A stretch of DNA of 25,256 nt from a virus (lineage: Duplodnaviria; Caudoviricetes). The DNA is taken from positions 1-25,256 of IMG/VR virus record IMGVR_UViG_3300025277_000141. One strand, written 5' to 3'. The notes under the pieces were generated by a model. The model ran no database searches, was not told the DNA's origin, and saw only the letters and a program-made list of their open reading frames with translations. Positions 15,680 to 23,448 of the stretch are shown in pieces. Numbering within the stretch: the first letter of the stretch is position 1; each line of letters opens with the position of its first letter. Made by a program: the position numbers and the translations under genes.

Positions 15680-16710
15680 ATGTACTAAGTCTCTTTGACG
15701 GCATGTCTTATGGTCGAATAGCTTTGGAAAAGTCCGGGATATCTGTGGATAAATACTATGCTTGTGAGATAGACAAGTTTGCCATAAAGGTATCCAAGGC
15801 TAACTATCCAGACATCTTCCAGCTAGGAGATGTAAAGGATCTAACCTGGAACGACTCAATGTTACATGCACACCTGCGTCCCAAGATTGATCTATTAATA
15901 GGCGGCTCGCCATGCCAAGGCTTCAGCTTTGCTGGCAGTCGTTTAAATTTTGATGATCCCAGATCTAAATTATTCTTTGAGTTTGTCAGGCTCATGGATG
16001 AGACAGAACCTAAATGGTTTCTCCTGGAAAATGTACGCATGAAGCAAGAGAGCCAAGATATTATTAGCAGGTATCTGGGTGTCCAACCTGTCATGATTAA
16101 CAGCAACCTTGTATCCGCTCAGAACAGGAAGAGATTGTACTGGACTAACATCCCCTTCACCATGCCAGAGGATCGAGGTATCATGCTCAAGGATATCATC
16201 GAGGATGGATTGGTGGACAGAGACAAGGCTCTTTGTGTAACCTCTACCTATAAGAATGGTCCCAGACCTAAAGATTACTTTGAGAAATCTAAACGTCAGA
16301 TAGTATTTAACTTTGTGGATAGGGACAAGGCTCACTGCCTAGATGCAAATTATTTCAAGGGTGGAAACCTATCTTCCTTGAAGAACTATTTTGAAAAGAG
16401 TAGAAGACAACTTGTATTTAGCAATGAAGGTATGTGCCATGACCTGAAGGGGCATGACCTAATCAAGAGGGTCTATCATCCAGAAGGTAAGTCACCTACC
16501 TTGACCGCCTGTACTGGTGGAAACAGGGAACCAAAAATTGCAACAGATAATTTGAAATGGCGTAAGCTAACACCGCTTGAGTGCGAGAGATTGCAGACAG
16601 TACCGGAAGGGTACACTGCACATGTATCCAATACCCAACGCTACAAAATGCTGGGTAATGGATGGACCGTGGACGTTATCGCCCACATATTCAAGAACTT
16701 AGGAGATTGA
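15676..16710 (+). CDS. DNA (cytosine-5)-methyltransferase
   Basis: Motif I LSLFDG, IV GGSPCQGFS, VI LLENV, VIII QNRKRLY, IX/X LTPLECERLQ and YKMLGNGW. Confidence 0.95.
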   Translation: MNVLSLFDGMSYGRIALEKSGISVDKYYACEIDKFAIKVSKANYPDIFQLGDVKDLTWNDSMLHAHLRPKIDLLIGGSPCQGFSFAGSRLNFDDPRSKLFFEFVRLMDETEPKWFLLENVRMKQESQDIISRYLGVQPVMINSNLVSAQNRKRLYWTNIPFTMPEDRGIMLKDIIEDGLVDRDKALCVTSTYKNGPRPKDYFEKSKRQIVFNFVDRDKAHCLDANYFKGGNLSSLKNYFEKSRRQLVFSNEGMCHDLKGHDLIKRVYHPEGKSPTLTACTGGNREPKIATDNLKWRKLTPLECERLQTVPEGYTAHVSNTQRYKMLGNGWTVDVIAHIFKNLGD

Positions 16711-16711
16711 T

Positions 16712-16879
16712 ATGAGACTGGATTACTATGATGAAACGAGTGTTGTCTTTTACAAAGAGGATATGAAACCTGAAATCTGGAAATATATTTGCGAAGGTTT
16801 AGGAAAAGAACCTAAATGTAAGTGCGATGATTGGCCTGATGAATTAGATTTAATAGTAAGGATAAACAAAAAATGCTAA
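16712..16879 (+). CDS. Hypothetical protein (55 aa)
   Basis: Not in track; AGGAG RBS; MRLDYYDETSVVFYKEDMKPEIWKYICEGLG... Confidence 0.7.
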   Translation: MRLDYYDETSVVFYKEDMKPEIWKYICEGLGKEPKCKCDDWPDELDLIVRINKKC

Positions 16880-17121
16880 GAACAAAGGAAAGAATAGACC
16901 AAGTAAAGAAAACTGCCTATGAAAATTTAATGAAAGCCGATAACTGGGCGCACAGTAGGAAAGAGCTTGACAAAGAAATGTACTGGTCCCTCTATCGTGC
17001 AGATGTCCGGGAATTACTGGGTGTTATCGAAGATTATGAAAAGGAATCGAAGAAAACACTTCCAGAATTACAAAAAGAGATAGCTAATCTTATGAAAGAG
17101 GACAATGAAAAAACAACGTGA
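16873..17121 (+). CDS. Hypothetical protein (82 aa)
   Basis: TAAGGA RBS; overlap coupling. Confidence 0.7.
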   Translation: MLRTKERIDQVKKTAYENLMKADNWAHSRKELDKEMYWSLYRADVRELLGVIEDYEKESKKTLPELQKEIANLMKEDNEKTT

Positions 17122-17230
17122 CCCTAACTGGCGTTGGCTAAGAGCTTTGTCGCACAAAATAGTGCTTGCAAAGAAAGGAAGAAAGAAGTATAATAGGAAA
17201 ATTAAACACAAAGAAAGGACTAGCATATGA
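17105..17230 (+). CDS. Small basic protein with ArfA-like C-terminal motif (41 aa)
   Basis: Not in track; GAGGA upstream; MKKQRDPNWRWLRALSHKIVLAKKGRKKYNRKIKHKERTSI; ATGA overlap with next gene. Confidence 0.65.
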   Translation: MKKQRDPNWRWLRALSHKIVLAKKGRKKYNRKIKHKERTSI

Positions 17231-17436
17231 TAATGTTAACGATAGTAATACCACTACTAACAACAGCTTTCATATCAAATAACGCAGAGTTTTTTGATAC
17301 GGCTAACGTACAAATAAAAGCTGGAGCTTCCTGGCACTATGTAGAACAGCAGCCTTTAGATCCTACAGCTAAAGCACTATCCCTACAGGTATCAGGAGGA
17401 GAGCCATACATTTTATTTAAACTTAAGGAGAAGTAA
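17227..17436 (+). CDS. Hypothetical protein with hydrophobic N-terminus (69 aa)
   Basis: AAAGGA RBS; MIMLTIVIPLLTTAF signal-like start. Confidence 0.7.
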   Translation: MIMLTIVIPLLTTAFISNNAEFFDTANVQIKAGASWHYVEQQPLDPTAKALSLQVSGGEPYILFKLKEK

Positions 17437-17437
17437 G

Positions 17438-17647
17438 ATGAATTCTTCAATTCATTTTGTAAAGGAAGTAAGTATAACTTCCAGCGATTTAGCAAAAGAT
17501 GCTGGTATGATTACATGTATAAAGATTAAGAGCCAATCAAAGTGGAGTGAAGAAGTCACTACTGAAGAAATAACATTGTTCAGTGATGACAAACTTATAA
17601 CTAGTCTTAATGGCAAATCAATCCCTCATAAAAGGCGTAAATCATGA
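17438..17647 (+). CDS. Hypothetical protein (69 aa)
   Basis: AAGGAG RBS; coupling. Confidence 0.7.
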   Translation: MNSSIHFVKEVSITSSDLAKDAGMITCIKIKSQSKWSEEVTTEEITLFSDDKLITSLNGKSIPHKRRKS

Positions 17648-17847
17648 AAATTAAATTTAGAAACACTGAAGAGGTACATCAATTCCTGGAACGTGGAGGA
17701 GATGTATGGTGTATGCCAATGGTCGAGGAGTATGTTGGCATAAGTGATCCAGAAGAAGACCTGGATATAACGGAGCTTAATCAATGGATTGAAACAGAAC
17801 GTAGTTCTTTTGAAAGAGGGTACGAAGAATTTCTTGACATTGATTGA
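17644..17847 (+). CDS. Hypothetical acidic protein (67 aa)
   Basis: ATGA overlap with upstream gene. Confidence 0.7.
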   Translation: MKIKFRNTEEVHQFLERGGDVWCMPMVEEYVGISDPEEDLDITELNQWIETERSSFERGYEEFLDID

Positions 17848-17862
17848 GTAATATAGTATTAA
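17834..17862 (+). promoter_or_regulatory. Possible sigma70 promoter TTGACA-17-TATTAA
   Basis: Perfect -35, imperfect -10, directly before the RBS of the DUF932-like gene. Confidence 0.5.
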
Positions 17863-17878
17863 CTTAAGGAGAAAGACT

Positions 17879-18802
17879 ATGTTTGATCATAGCAAGATAG
17901 ACTTTAAGGTAGAGAAGTTCCCACTTATTAATAAATGGGAAGAAGGAGTAGTACCTGACATACGTGACTGGCATAATACAATACCTTCACATATTGGGGT
18001 AGGTCTGAGGCGTACAGATACCAAAGAACCTATAGGTATAGTCAGTGATGAGTACTTTCCTGTTCAGTATGCAGAGATAGTAGATGGTGTAGAACAAGCC
18101 TTACAAAGGGCTAAGATAGACATGACTGACGCTGACTTTACAACTAATGTCTATGATACTGGAGCTAAACTCGAACTCAGAGCTAAGTTCCCTGCACATG
18201 AGATGACCATGCGAGAAGGTAAAGATAGTATTATACCTGAGTTTGTTTTTAGGACTTCCCATAACCGGACATGGGCTAACAATGGTATGATGGGACTATG
18301 GAGATCCTTCTGTTATAATACTCTGGTCTCTGGTGATAAGCTGGCCTATGTCTATGGTAGGCATACCAGGAACTTTAATATTGCCAGCTTTGCTACCAAG
18401 ATTAGGAATGCTGGTGAGTTTATAGCTGGCTCCGGTCTTGAAGAGATGAAGAACTGGTATGATACCCCAGTAAAAAGGTATGAGGCTATTAACCTCTTTA
18501 CTAAAACACTGGCACAACGTACTGATAATGTCAGTAAGAAGAAGGTAGCTAACAAGGTAATGCTATCCAACCTTATGAAGATCTTCGATGAAGAGAACCG
18601 TCACATACATGGCCGTGGACACTATGAGAGCTATGCTCAGAGAGATGAAGGAACCCTCTGGACTGCATACAATGCAGCTACCTACTGGTCTTCCCATCCT
18701 GATAGTAAGCGTGGAAATTCACCACATAATGTAAAGGTTAACAGAGAAGATAAGGTCAGGAAGATGTTGGTTTCTCCAGAATGGGAGGCGTTGGCAGCTT
18801 GA
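17879..18802 (+). CDS. DUF932-like phage protein (307 aa)
   Basis: RTDTKEPIGIVSDEYFPVQ, TSHN, RSFCYN, RHT, GTLWTAYNAATYWSSH; TAAGGAG RBS. Confidence 0.8.
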   Translation: MFDHSKIDFKVEKFPLINKWEEGVVPDIRDWHNTIPSHIGVGLRRTDTKEPIGIVSDEYFPVQYAEIVDGVEQALQRAKIDMTDADFTTNVYDTGAKLELRAKFPAHEMTMREGKDSIIPEFVFRTSHNRTWANNGMMGLWRSFCYNTLVSGDKLAYVYGRHTRNFNIASFATKIRNAGEFIAGSGLEEMKNWYDTPVKRYEAINLFTKTLAQRTDNVSKKKVANKVMLSNLMKIFDEENRHIHGRGHYESYAQRDEGTLWTAYNAATYWSSHPDSKRGNSPHNVKVNREDKVRKMLVSPEWEALAA

Positions 18803-18814
18803 TTAGTCAGTGGT

Positions 18815-18842
18815 AGTGGGCCTTCAAGTGAGGGTCCACTTT
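18815..18842 (+). terminator. Probable Rho-independent terminator
   Basis: AGTGGGCCTTC-aagt-GAGGGTCCACT then TT; GC-rich stem with G-U pairs, short U tail. Confidence 0.6.
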
Positions 18843-18859
18843 ATCACAAGGAGATTATA

Positions 18860-19072
18860 ATGAGAAAATATATTGTAACAGTACTTCAAGAAATACAGGT
18901 TGAATATGTGGTACATGCTGACTGTGAACAAGATGCTATTGCTGAAGTAGAAAAATTGAGTTGTGATGAATATGATAATTTTGTTGATGTTCTGGAGTCT
19001 GATATAACAAATTGTGAAGAGGTAGAAAGTGAACAATGGTTATTAGACTCAGCAGAAATGGAGGGAAATTAA
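18860..19072 (+). CDS. Acidic hypothetical protein (70 aa)
   Basis: AAGGAG RBS; YIVTV...VHADCEQDAIA pattern. Confidence 0.75.
   Translation: MRKYIVTVLQEIQVEYVVHADCEQDAIAEVEKLSCDEYDNFVDVLESDITNCEEVESEQWLLDSAEMEGN
18965..19012 (+). repeat. 48-bp exact direct repeat, copy 2
   Basis: Identical to 14563-14610. Confidence 0.95.
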
Positions 19073-19073
19073 A

Positions 19074-19313
19074 ATGACAGTATATTTTGTAACAGTCTTG
19101 ATAATGTTGAATGTCCTACCTCCATTAGGTTGGATACAACATACGTTTGCTTACACTGATAAGAAATTGTGTGAGCAGTATATAAACGAATACAAAGAAG
19201 AAATTTCTTTATCTCTTAAAGCAAACTTTGGTTCTACACTAGTAGGTATCAAACAGTTTGAATGTATGACATATGAGCAAGCAATCAAACGTAATTTAGA
19301 GTTAGGGCATTAA
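19074..19313 (+). CDS. Hypothetical exported/membrane protein (79 aa)
   Basis: GGAGG RBS; hydrophobic N-terminus; two Cys. Confidence 0.7.
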   Translation: MTVYFVTVLIMLNVLPPLGWIQHTFAYTDKKLCEQYINEYKEEISLSLKANFGSTLVGIKQFECMTYEQAIKRNLELGH

Positions 19314-19314
19314 G

Positions 19315-19476
19315 ATGCAGTGGCATTGTGGACAATGTGGTAGTCCAGATATCGAATGGATTGCTGATCTGAATGGTGCTGATCCTTATGATTACTATGT
19401 ATGTCTGGATTGTAATTATGAAGATCAGAAGAATTATTTTAAAGGGAGCAAGAATAATGAAATGGATATGGAATAA
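19315..19476 (+). CDS. Zinc-ribbon small protein (53 aa)
   Basis: Not in track; MQWHCGQCGSPDI...YVCLDCNY has two CxxC motifs. Confidence 0.7.
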   Translation: MQWHCGQCGSPDIEWIADLNGADPYDYYVCLDCNYEDQKNYFKGSKNNEMDME

Positions 19477-19582
19477 CATTGTGATGGATAAATTCTCTCG
19501 TTTGGTATCTAAATTAGATGGCTGGCTATGGAGAAAACGATGGGATAACTACACTAAAAGGAAAAATAAATGGAAGACATAA
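19457..19582 (+). CDS. Trp-rich basic small protein (41 aa)
   Basis: GGGAG RBS before ATG 19457 (MKWIWNN...), internal to the track ORF 19373-19582. Confidence 0.6.
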   Translation: MKWIWNNIVMDKFSRLVSKLDGWLWRKRWDNYTKRKNKWKT

Positions 19583-19761
19583 TTAACTTAACATCTAAAC
19601 AAATTAGAGGTCTTATGTATCACTTGAATGAGGCGACACATCTCCAACAGGTACATGGTCGTACCCATGATCGTGTTATCACTGAGGGTATATTGGCCGG
19701 AGCAATTTGCTCTTATAATAGTCCTAGCATTCCTGATTCAATTGAAGAAGAGGAAAAGTAA
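19570..19761 (+). CDS. Hypothetical protein (63 aa)
   Basis: AAAGGA RBS; coupling. Confidence 0.6.
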   Translation: MEDIINLTSKQIRGLMYHLNEATHLQQVHGRTHDRVITEGILAGAICSYNSPSIPDSIEEEEK

Positions 19762-20106
19762 ATGAGTGTAATAGAAGGTAAAGTTTGGGGTTCTACTGAA
19801 CCATTACTTCAATCCTCTGCTATAGAAATACACAGGATCAAAGTTAAGGAAGGGGGATATTGTTCACAACATGCACATCAAAGTAAGATCAATGCTTTCT
19901 ATGTAATACATGGAGAATTAGAAATACAGAGATGGAAAGACTATGGTCTTTGTGATAGTACCTTGTTAAAAGCAGGTGATTTATCCATTGTCCCGGCTGG
20001 TGAGCAACATAGATTTAAAGCTCATAAATATACAGAAGCTCTAGAAATTTATTGGGTTGAGTTAAATCATAATGATATACAACGTGAAAATGTAGGAGGT
20101 ATCTGA
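19762..20106 (+). CDS. Cupin domain protein
   Basis: KVWG...CSQHAHQSKINAFYVIHG...LKAGD...VPAGEQHRF...LEIY cupin motifs. Confidence 0.85.
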   Translation: MSVIEGKVWGSTEPLLQSSAIEIHRIKVKEGGYCSQHAHQSKINAFYVIHGELEIQRWKDYGLCDSTLLKAGDLSIVPAGEQHRFKAHKYTEALEIYWVELNHNDIQRENVGGI

Positions 20107-20155
20107 TGGATTTAATACTTTTACTTTTATTCTTAATATAAAATAGGAGATATAT

Positions 20156-20344
20156 ATGTCATACATTATAGTACATGTTGACGATCCCAAAGAGTTAAGG
20201 ACAATGGAAATTTGTCCAGATGAAGAGGGAGATTCTATAAAAAGATTTAAAACAAAAAGAGAAGCATTTAAATTTCTTGATGATATTGGTCTGCAACCAG
20301 ACCTCTGGTATAATTCAGACATCCATGTATTAAGGCTACACTAA
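20156..20344 (+). CDS. Hypothetical protein (62 aa)
   Basis: AGGAG RBS; FKTKREA motif shared with 21159-21332. Confidence 0.75.
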   Translation: MSYIIVHVDDPKELRTMEICPDEEGDSIKRFKTKREAFKFLDDIGLQPDLWYNSDIHVLRLH

Positions 20345-20817
20345 TGAAATTAGTATTGACAAGTCTGATAGCAAGTTTTCTTTTAATATCAACAGCAAAA
20401 GCTAATGACTTTAATTGTTTAGTTGAAGCTATCTATCATGAGGCTCGATCAGAAGAGATGATACCTCAACTGGCGGTAGCCAATGTTATATTAACAAGAG
20501 TTGAAAGCAGTAACTTTCCTAATACCATATGCAAAGTAGTTCATCAAGGAAGATATTGGAAAAAAAATCCGGTCAGAAATAAATGTCATTTTAGTTACTG
20601 GTGCGATGGAAAATCTGAACGAATGAAAGATTTAAAAGCTTTGAAAAAAGTTTTAAGTGTTGCTGAAATGGCACTTAGAGGTGTGCAAATTAAACAAACA
20701 ATAGGCGCAACACATTATCATGCTGCCTATGTTACTCCTTCCTGGGCTTCTGATCCTCATTTTAAATTATTAGGTCAAATAGGTTTACATATATTTTATA
20801 TTGACATGAAAGAATAA
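20344..20817 (+). CDS. SleB-like cell wall hydrolase (Hydrolase_2) with signal peptide
   Basis: CLVEAIYHEARSE, AVANVILTRV, FPNTICKVVHQ, CHFSYWCDGK, GATHYHA, IGLHIFY. Confidence 0.9.
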   Translation: MKLVLTSLIASFLLISTAKANDFNCLVEAIYHEARSEEMIPQLAVANVILTRVESSNFPNTICKVVHQGRYWKKNPVRNKCHFSYWCDGKSERMKDLKALKKVLSVAEMALRGVQIKQTIGATHYHAAYVTPSWASDPHFKLLGQIGLHIFYIDMKE

Positions 20818-20829
20818 TAGGAGTATAAT
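20801..20829 (+). promoter_or_regulatory. Consensus sigma70 promoter TTGACA-17-TATAAT upstream of the replication genes
   Basis: Perfect boxes and spacing. Confidence 0.8.
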
Positions 20830-20988
20830 ATGCAAAATTTAACTATATCAGAAGTCTGGTATAAACAAGTTACAGATTTAAAGAAACAGCTTGAAGAAAA
20901 AGAAAATACTATAAAAAAACTACGTATCGAACTAGAAAATTTAAATTATAAAAAAGCTAACCAAGAGTGGGTTGAAAAAAATGGCTAA
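20830..20988 (+). CDS. Small coiled-coil protein (52 aa)
   Basis: Not in track; AGGAG 6 nt upstream; MQNLTISEVWYKQVTDLKKQLEEKENTIKKLRIELE... Confidence 0.7.
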   Translation: MQNLTISEVWYKQVTDLKKQLEEKENTIKKLRIELENLNYKKANQEWVEKNG

Positions 20989-21166
20989 AAACTTATGGCA
21001 GAAAGAACGAAATAATTTATTTAGAAATCTGGTTAAACAATACAGTCAAGAAGGATATACTCAAAAAGAATCTAAAAAATTAGCTAAACAAGAAATTAAT
21101 GAAATCATGGAAGACAAAGAAGATTTCGTTCAAAACATATGGAGAGATACATTTCAAGATGGTTAA
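20981..21166 (+). CDS. Hypothetical protein (61 aa)
   Basis: ATG 20981 (MAKNLWQKER...) overlaps the upstream stop. Confidence 0.7.
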   Translation: MAKNLWQKERNNLFRNLVKQYSQEGYTQKESKKLAKQEINEIMEDKEDFVQNIWRDTFQDG

Positions 21167-21332
21167 CTGGAATTTAATTCTTAAACGAAAAGGAGGTGAT
21201 GTAACAGTAGGTTTTTTTAAAACTAAGAGGGAAGCTGAAAATGAACTCAGTTATAGATATGAATTGTGTGAACACTTAGGTTACTCCCCAGATCTAACTT
21301 ACGAAATTAAACGAGGCAAACCTAAAAAATAA
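21159..21332 (+). CDS. Hypothetical protein (57 aa)
   Basis: ATG 21159 (MVNWNLIL...) overlaps the upstream stop. Confidence 0.65.
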   Translation: MVNWNLILKRKGGDVTVGFFKTKREAENELSYRYELCEHLGYSPDLTYEIKRGKPKK

Positions 21333-21344
21333 TAGGAGAATACT

Positions 21345-22991
21345 ATGGTTAGTCAATGGCCTAGTAGAGGATCTTGTCCCGAATGCGGGGCAAGTAAAGC
21401 GAATGTTCAACATGAAGATGGGCATTCGTATTGTTTTAGTTGTCAAACAAGGTTTAACAAATCAGAAGAAAATAGAAACACATCTTTTAAGGTTATTAAT
21501 ATGTCTACTGAAACAGTTTTAGGAAGAAAAACAACTGGTCTAATATCAGATATTCCTGATAGAAAGATTAGTAAAGAGACTGCCAAGAAATATAATACAC
21601 AGGTTAAGAAAACTGGTAATATAATTACCCATCATATTTATCAGTACTTTGATGAAAAGGGTAACCATATAGCTAATAAAATACGGCAAGTTCAAGATAA
21701 AAAAATCTGGTCTGAAGGAAAGATATCTGAGGCAGTTTTGTTTGGACAGAATATGTTTAATCAGACAGGTAAATATATTACTGTTTGTGAAGGCGAGCTT
21801 GATGCTATGTCTGCTTACGAATTGATGGGTTCCAAATGGCCTTGTGTTTCCATTAAAAATGGTGCAGCCGCCGCTCTTGAAAATTGCAAGCAAGCCTTTG
21901 ATTATCTAAATAAATTTGAAACAATTGTTCTTTGTTTTGATAATGATAGGCCAGGAAAAGAATCTGCTCAGAAAGTTGCACAAATTTTTGAACCCAACAA
22001 ATGTAAAATTGTTTCTTTAGAATTACATGATGCTAATGAATATTTAAAAACCGGACAAAGAGAAAAGTTTACTCAGGCTTGGTGGAATTCTAAGGCCTAT
22101 ACTCCAGCAGGTATTATAAATCTTGCTGATCTAGGTGAGTCTCTCTATGATGAATTTGATTGTGAGATATGTCTTTATCCTTGGCCTAAGATGAATGAGA
22201 AGACCTATGGGTTACGAACTGGTGAGCTTATCACCTTTACCAGCGGTGCTGGAATGGGAAAATCTAGTATAATACGTGAACTAATGTATCATCTCATGAT
22301 GAATACTAAAGATGGAATTGGTGTCTTAGCTTTGGAAGAAAGCATTCGTAACACTGCTTTTAGTATTATGAGTGTCGAAGCAAATGCTAGACTTTATATT
22401 AAAGAAGTTCGGAAGAAATTTACTGATAAACAACTAAGAGATTGGCAAAAGAAAACTATTAACACCAAAAGATTCTATGCTTTCGATCATTTTGGATCTA
22501 TATCCAATGATGAGATACTTGATAGGGTCAGGCATATGGCGAAAGCTTTAGATTGTAAATGGATATTTCTAGATCACTTATCTATTCTAGTATCAGGACA
22601 AGAAGATAATGGTGATGAGCGTAAGTCCATTGATATTCTTATGACCAAGCTGAGAGCTTTGGTAGAAGAAACTGGGATAGCCTTGATACTGGTTAGTCAT
22701 TTAAGAAGGCCAGCAGGTGATCGAGGACATGAAGAAGGAAAGGAGGTAAGTTTGTCCCATTTAAGAGGCTCTGCTAGTATTGCTCACTTGTCAGACAGTG
22801 TAATAGCATTGGAGCGAAACCAGCAAGCTGAAGATGAATATACAGCCAACACAACCACAATAAGAATTCTTAAAAATAGATATACTGGAGACACTGGTGT
22901 ATCTTGTTACCTGCATTATGATAAAGATACCGGACGTATGACCCAAGTAGACAACCCTTTTATGGAGAATAATAATGAAGAAACCTTTTGA
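21345..22991 (+). CDS. T7 gp4-like DNA primase/helicase
   Basis: Zn finger CPEC...CFSC, TOPRIM EGELD and FDND, Walker A SGAGMGKS, LDHL, VSHLRR, LRGS, LKNRYTG. Confidence 0.95.
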   Translation: MVSQWPSRGSCPECGASKANVQHEDGHSYCFSCQTRFNKSEENRNTSFKVINMSTETVLGRKTTGLISDIPDRKISKETAKKYNTQVKKTGNIITHHIYQYFDEKGNHIANKIRQVQDKKIWSEGKISEAVLFGQNMFNQTGKYITVCEGELDAMSAYELMGSKWPCVSIKNGAAAALENCKQAFDYLNKFETIVLCFDNDRPGKESAQKVAQIFEPNKCKIVSLELHDANEYLKTGQREKFTQAWWNSKAYTPAGIINLADLGESLYDEFDCEICLYPWPKMNEKTYGLRTGELITFTSGAGMGKSSIIRELMYHLMMNTKDGIGVLALEESIRNTAFSIMSVEANARLYIKEVRKKFTDKQLRDWQKKTINTKRFYAFDHFGSISNDEILDRVRHMAKALDCKWIFLDHLSILVSGQEDNGDERKSIDILMTKLRALVEETGIALILVSHLRRPAGDRGHEEGKEVSLSHLRGSASIAHLSDSVIALERNQQAEDEYTANTTTIRILKNRYTGDTGVSCYLHYDKDTGRMTQVDNPFMENNNEETF

Positions 22992-23448
22992 TAAAGATCT
23001 CTACGACAAAGCTGATAGCACAGCTAAAAAACATATGATTAACTGGTTAGAGTTTACTCAACCTGCATGTACAGTTAATTCAGAAGAAACTACATACTTT
23101 GATCTTACAGTTAAAACAGATGATGGAGGAAATCCTCAATTTTATGAAGTTGAGATTAAGTATGCATGGAAAGGAGAATGGCCTGAATCATGGCTGGAAT
23201 TACGAATTCCTCATAGAAAGAAAAGATTACTTGAAAAATGGAAGAAGGATCATAAGAATTCTTTATTAACATTCATAGTTTTTAATCATAATTGCAGTAA
23301 GGCATGGCACGTAGATGGAAATACAGTACTTGAAAGTGAGGTGAAAGAAGCTCCTAATAAAAATATAAGGAAAGGCGAATTGTTTTTTCACATTCCAGTT
23401 GAACAAGCTTATCAGGTAGATATGTCCTATGGTAGACGCAGTCGTTGA
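22975..23448 (+). CDS. Putative PD-(D/E)XK nuclease-fold protein
   Basis: FDL...FYEVEIK motif; located between helicase and polymerase. Confidence 0.6.
   Translation: MKKPFDKDLYDKADSTAKKHMINWLEFTQPACTVNSEETTYFDLTVKTDDGGNPQFYEVEIKYAWKGEWPESWLELRIPHRKKRLLEKWKKDHKNSLLTFIVFNHNCSKAWHVDGNTVLESEVKEAPNKNIRKGELFFHIPVEQAYQVDMSYGRRSR

Noticed and set aside
15676-16710. Complete restriction-modification system
   Set aside because: No adjacent restriction endonuclease; orphan phage methyltransferases are common
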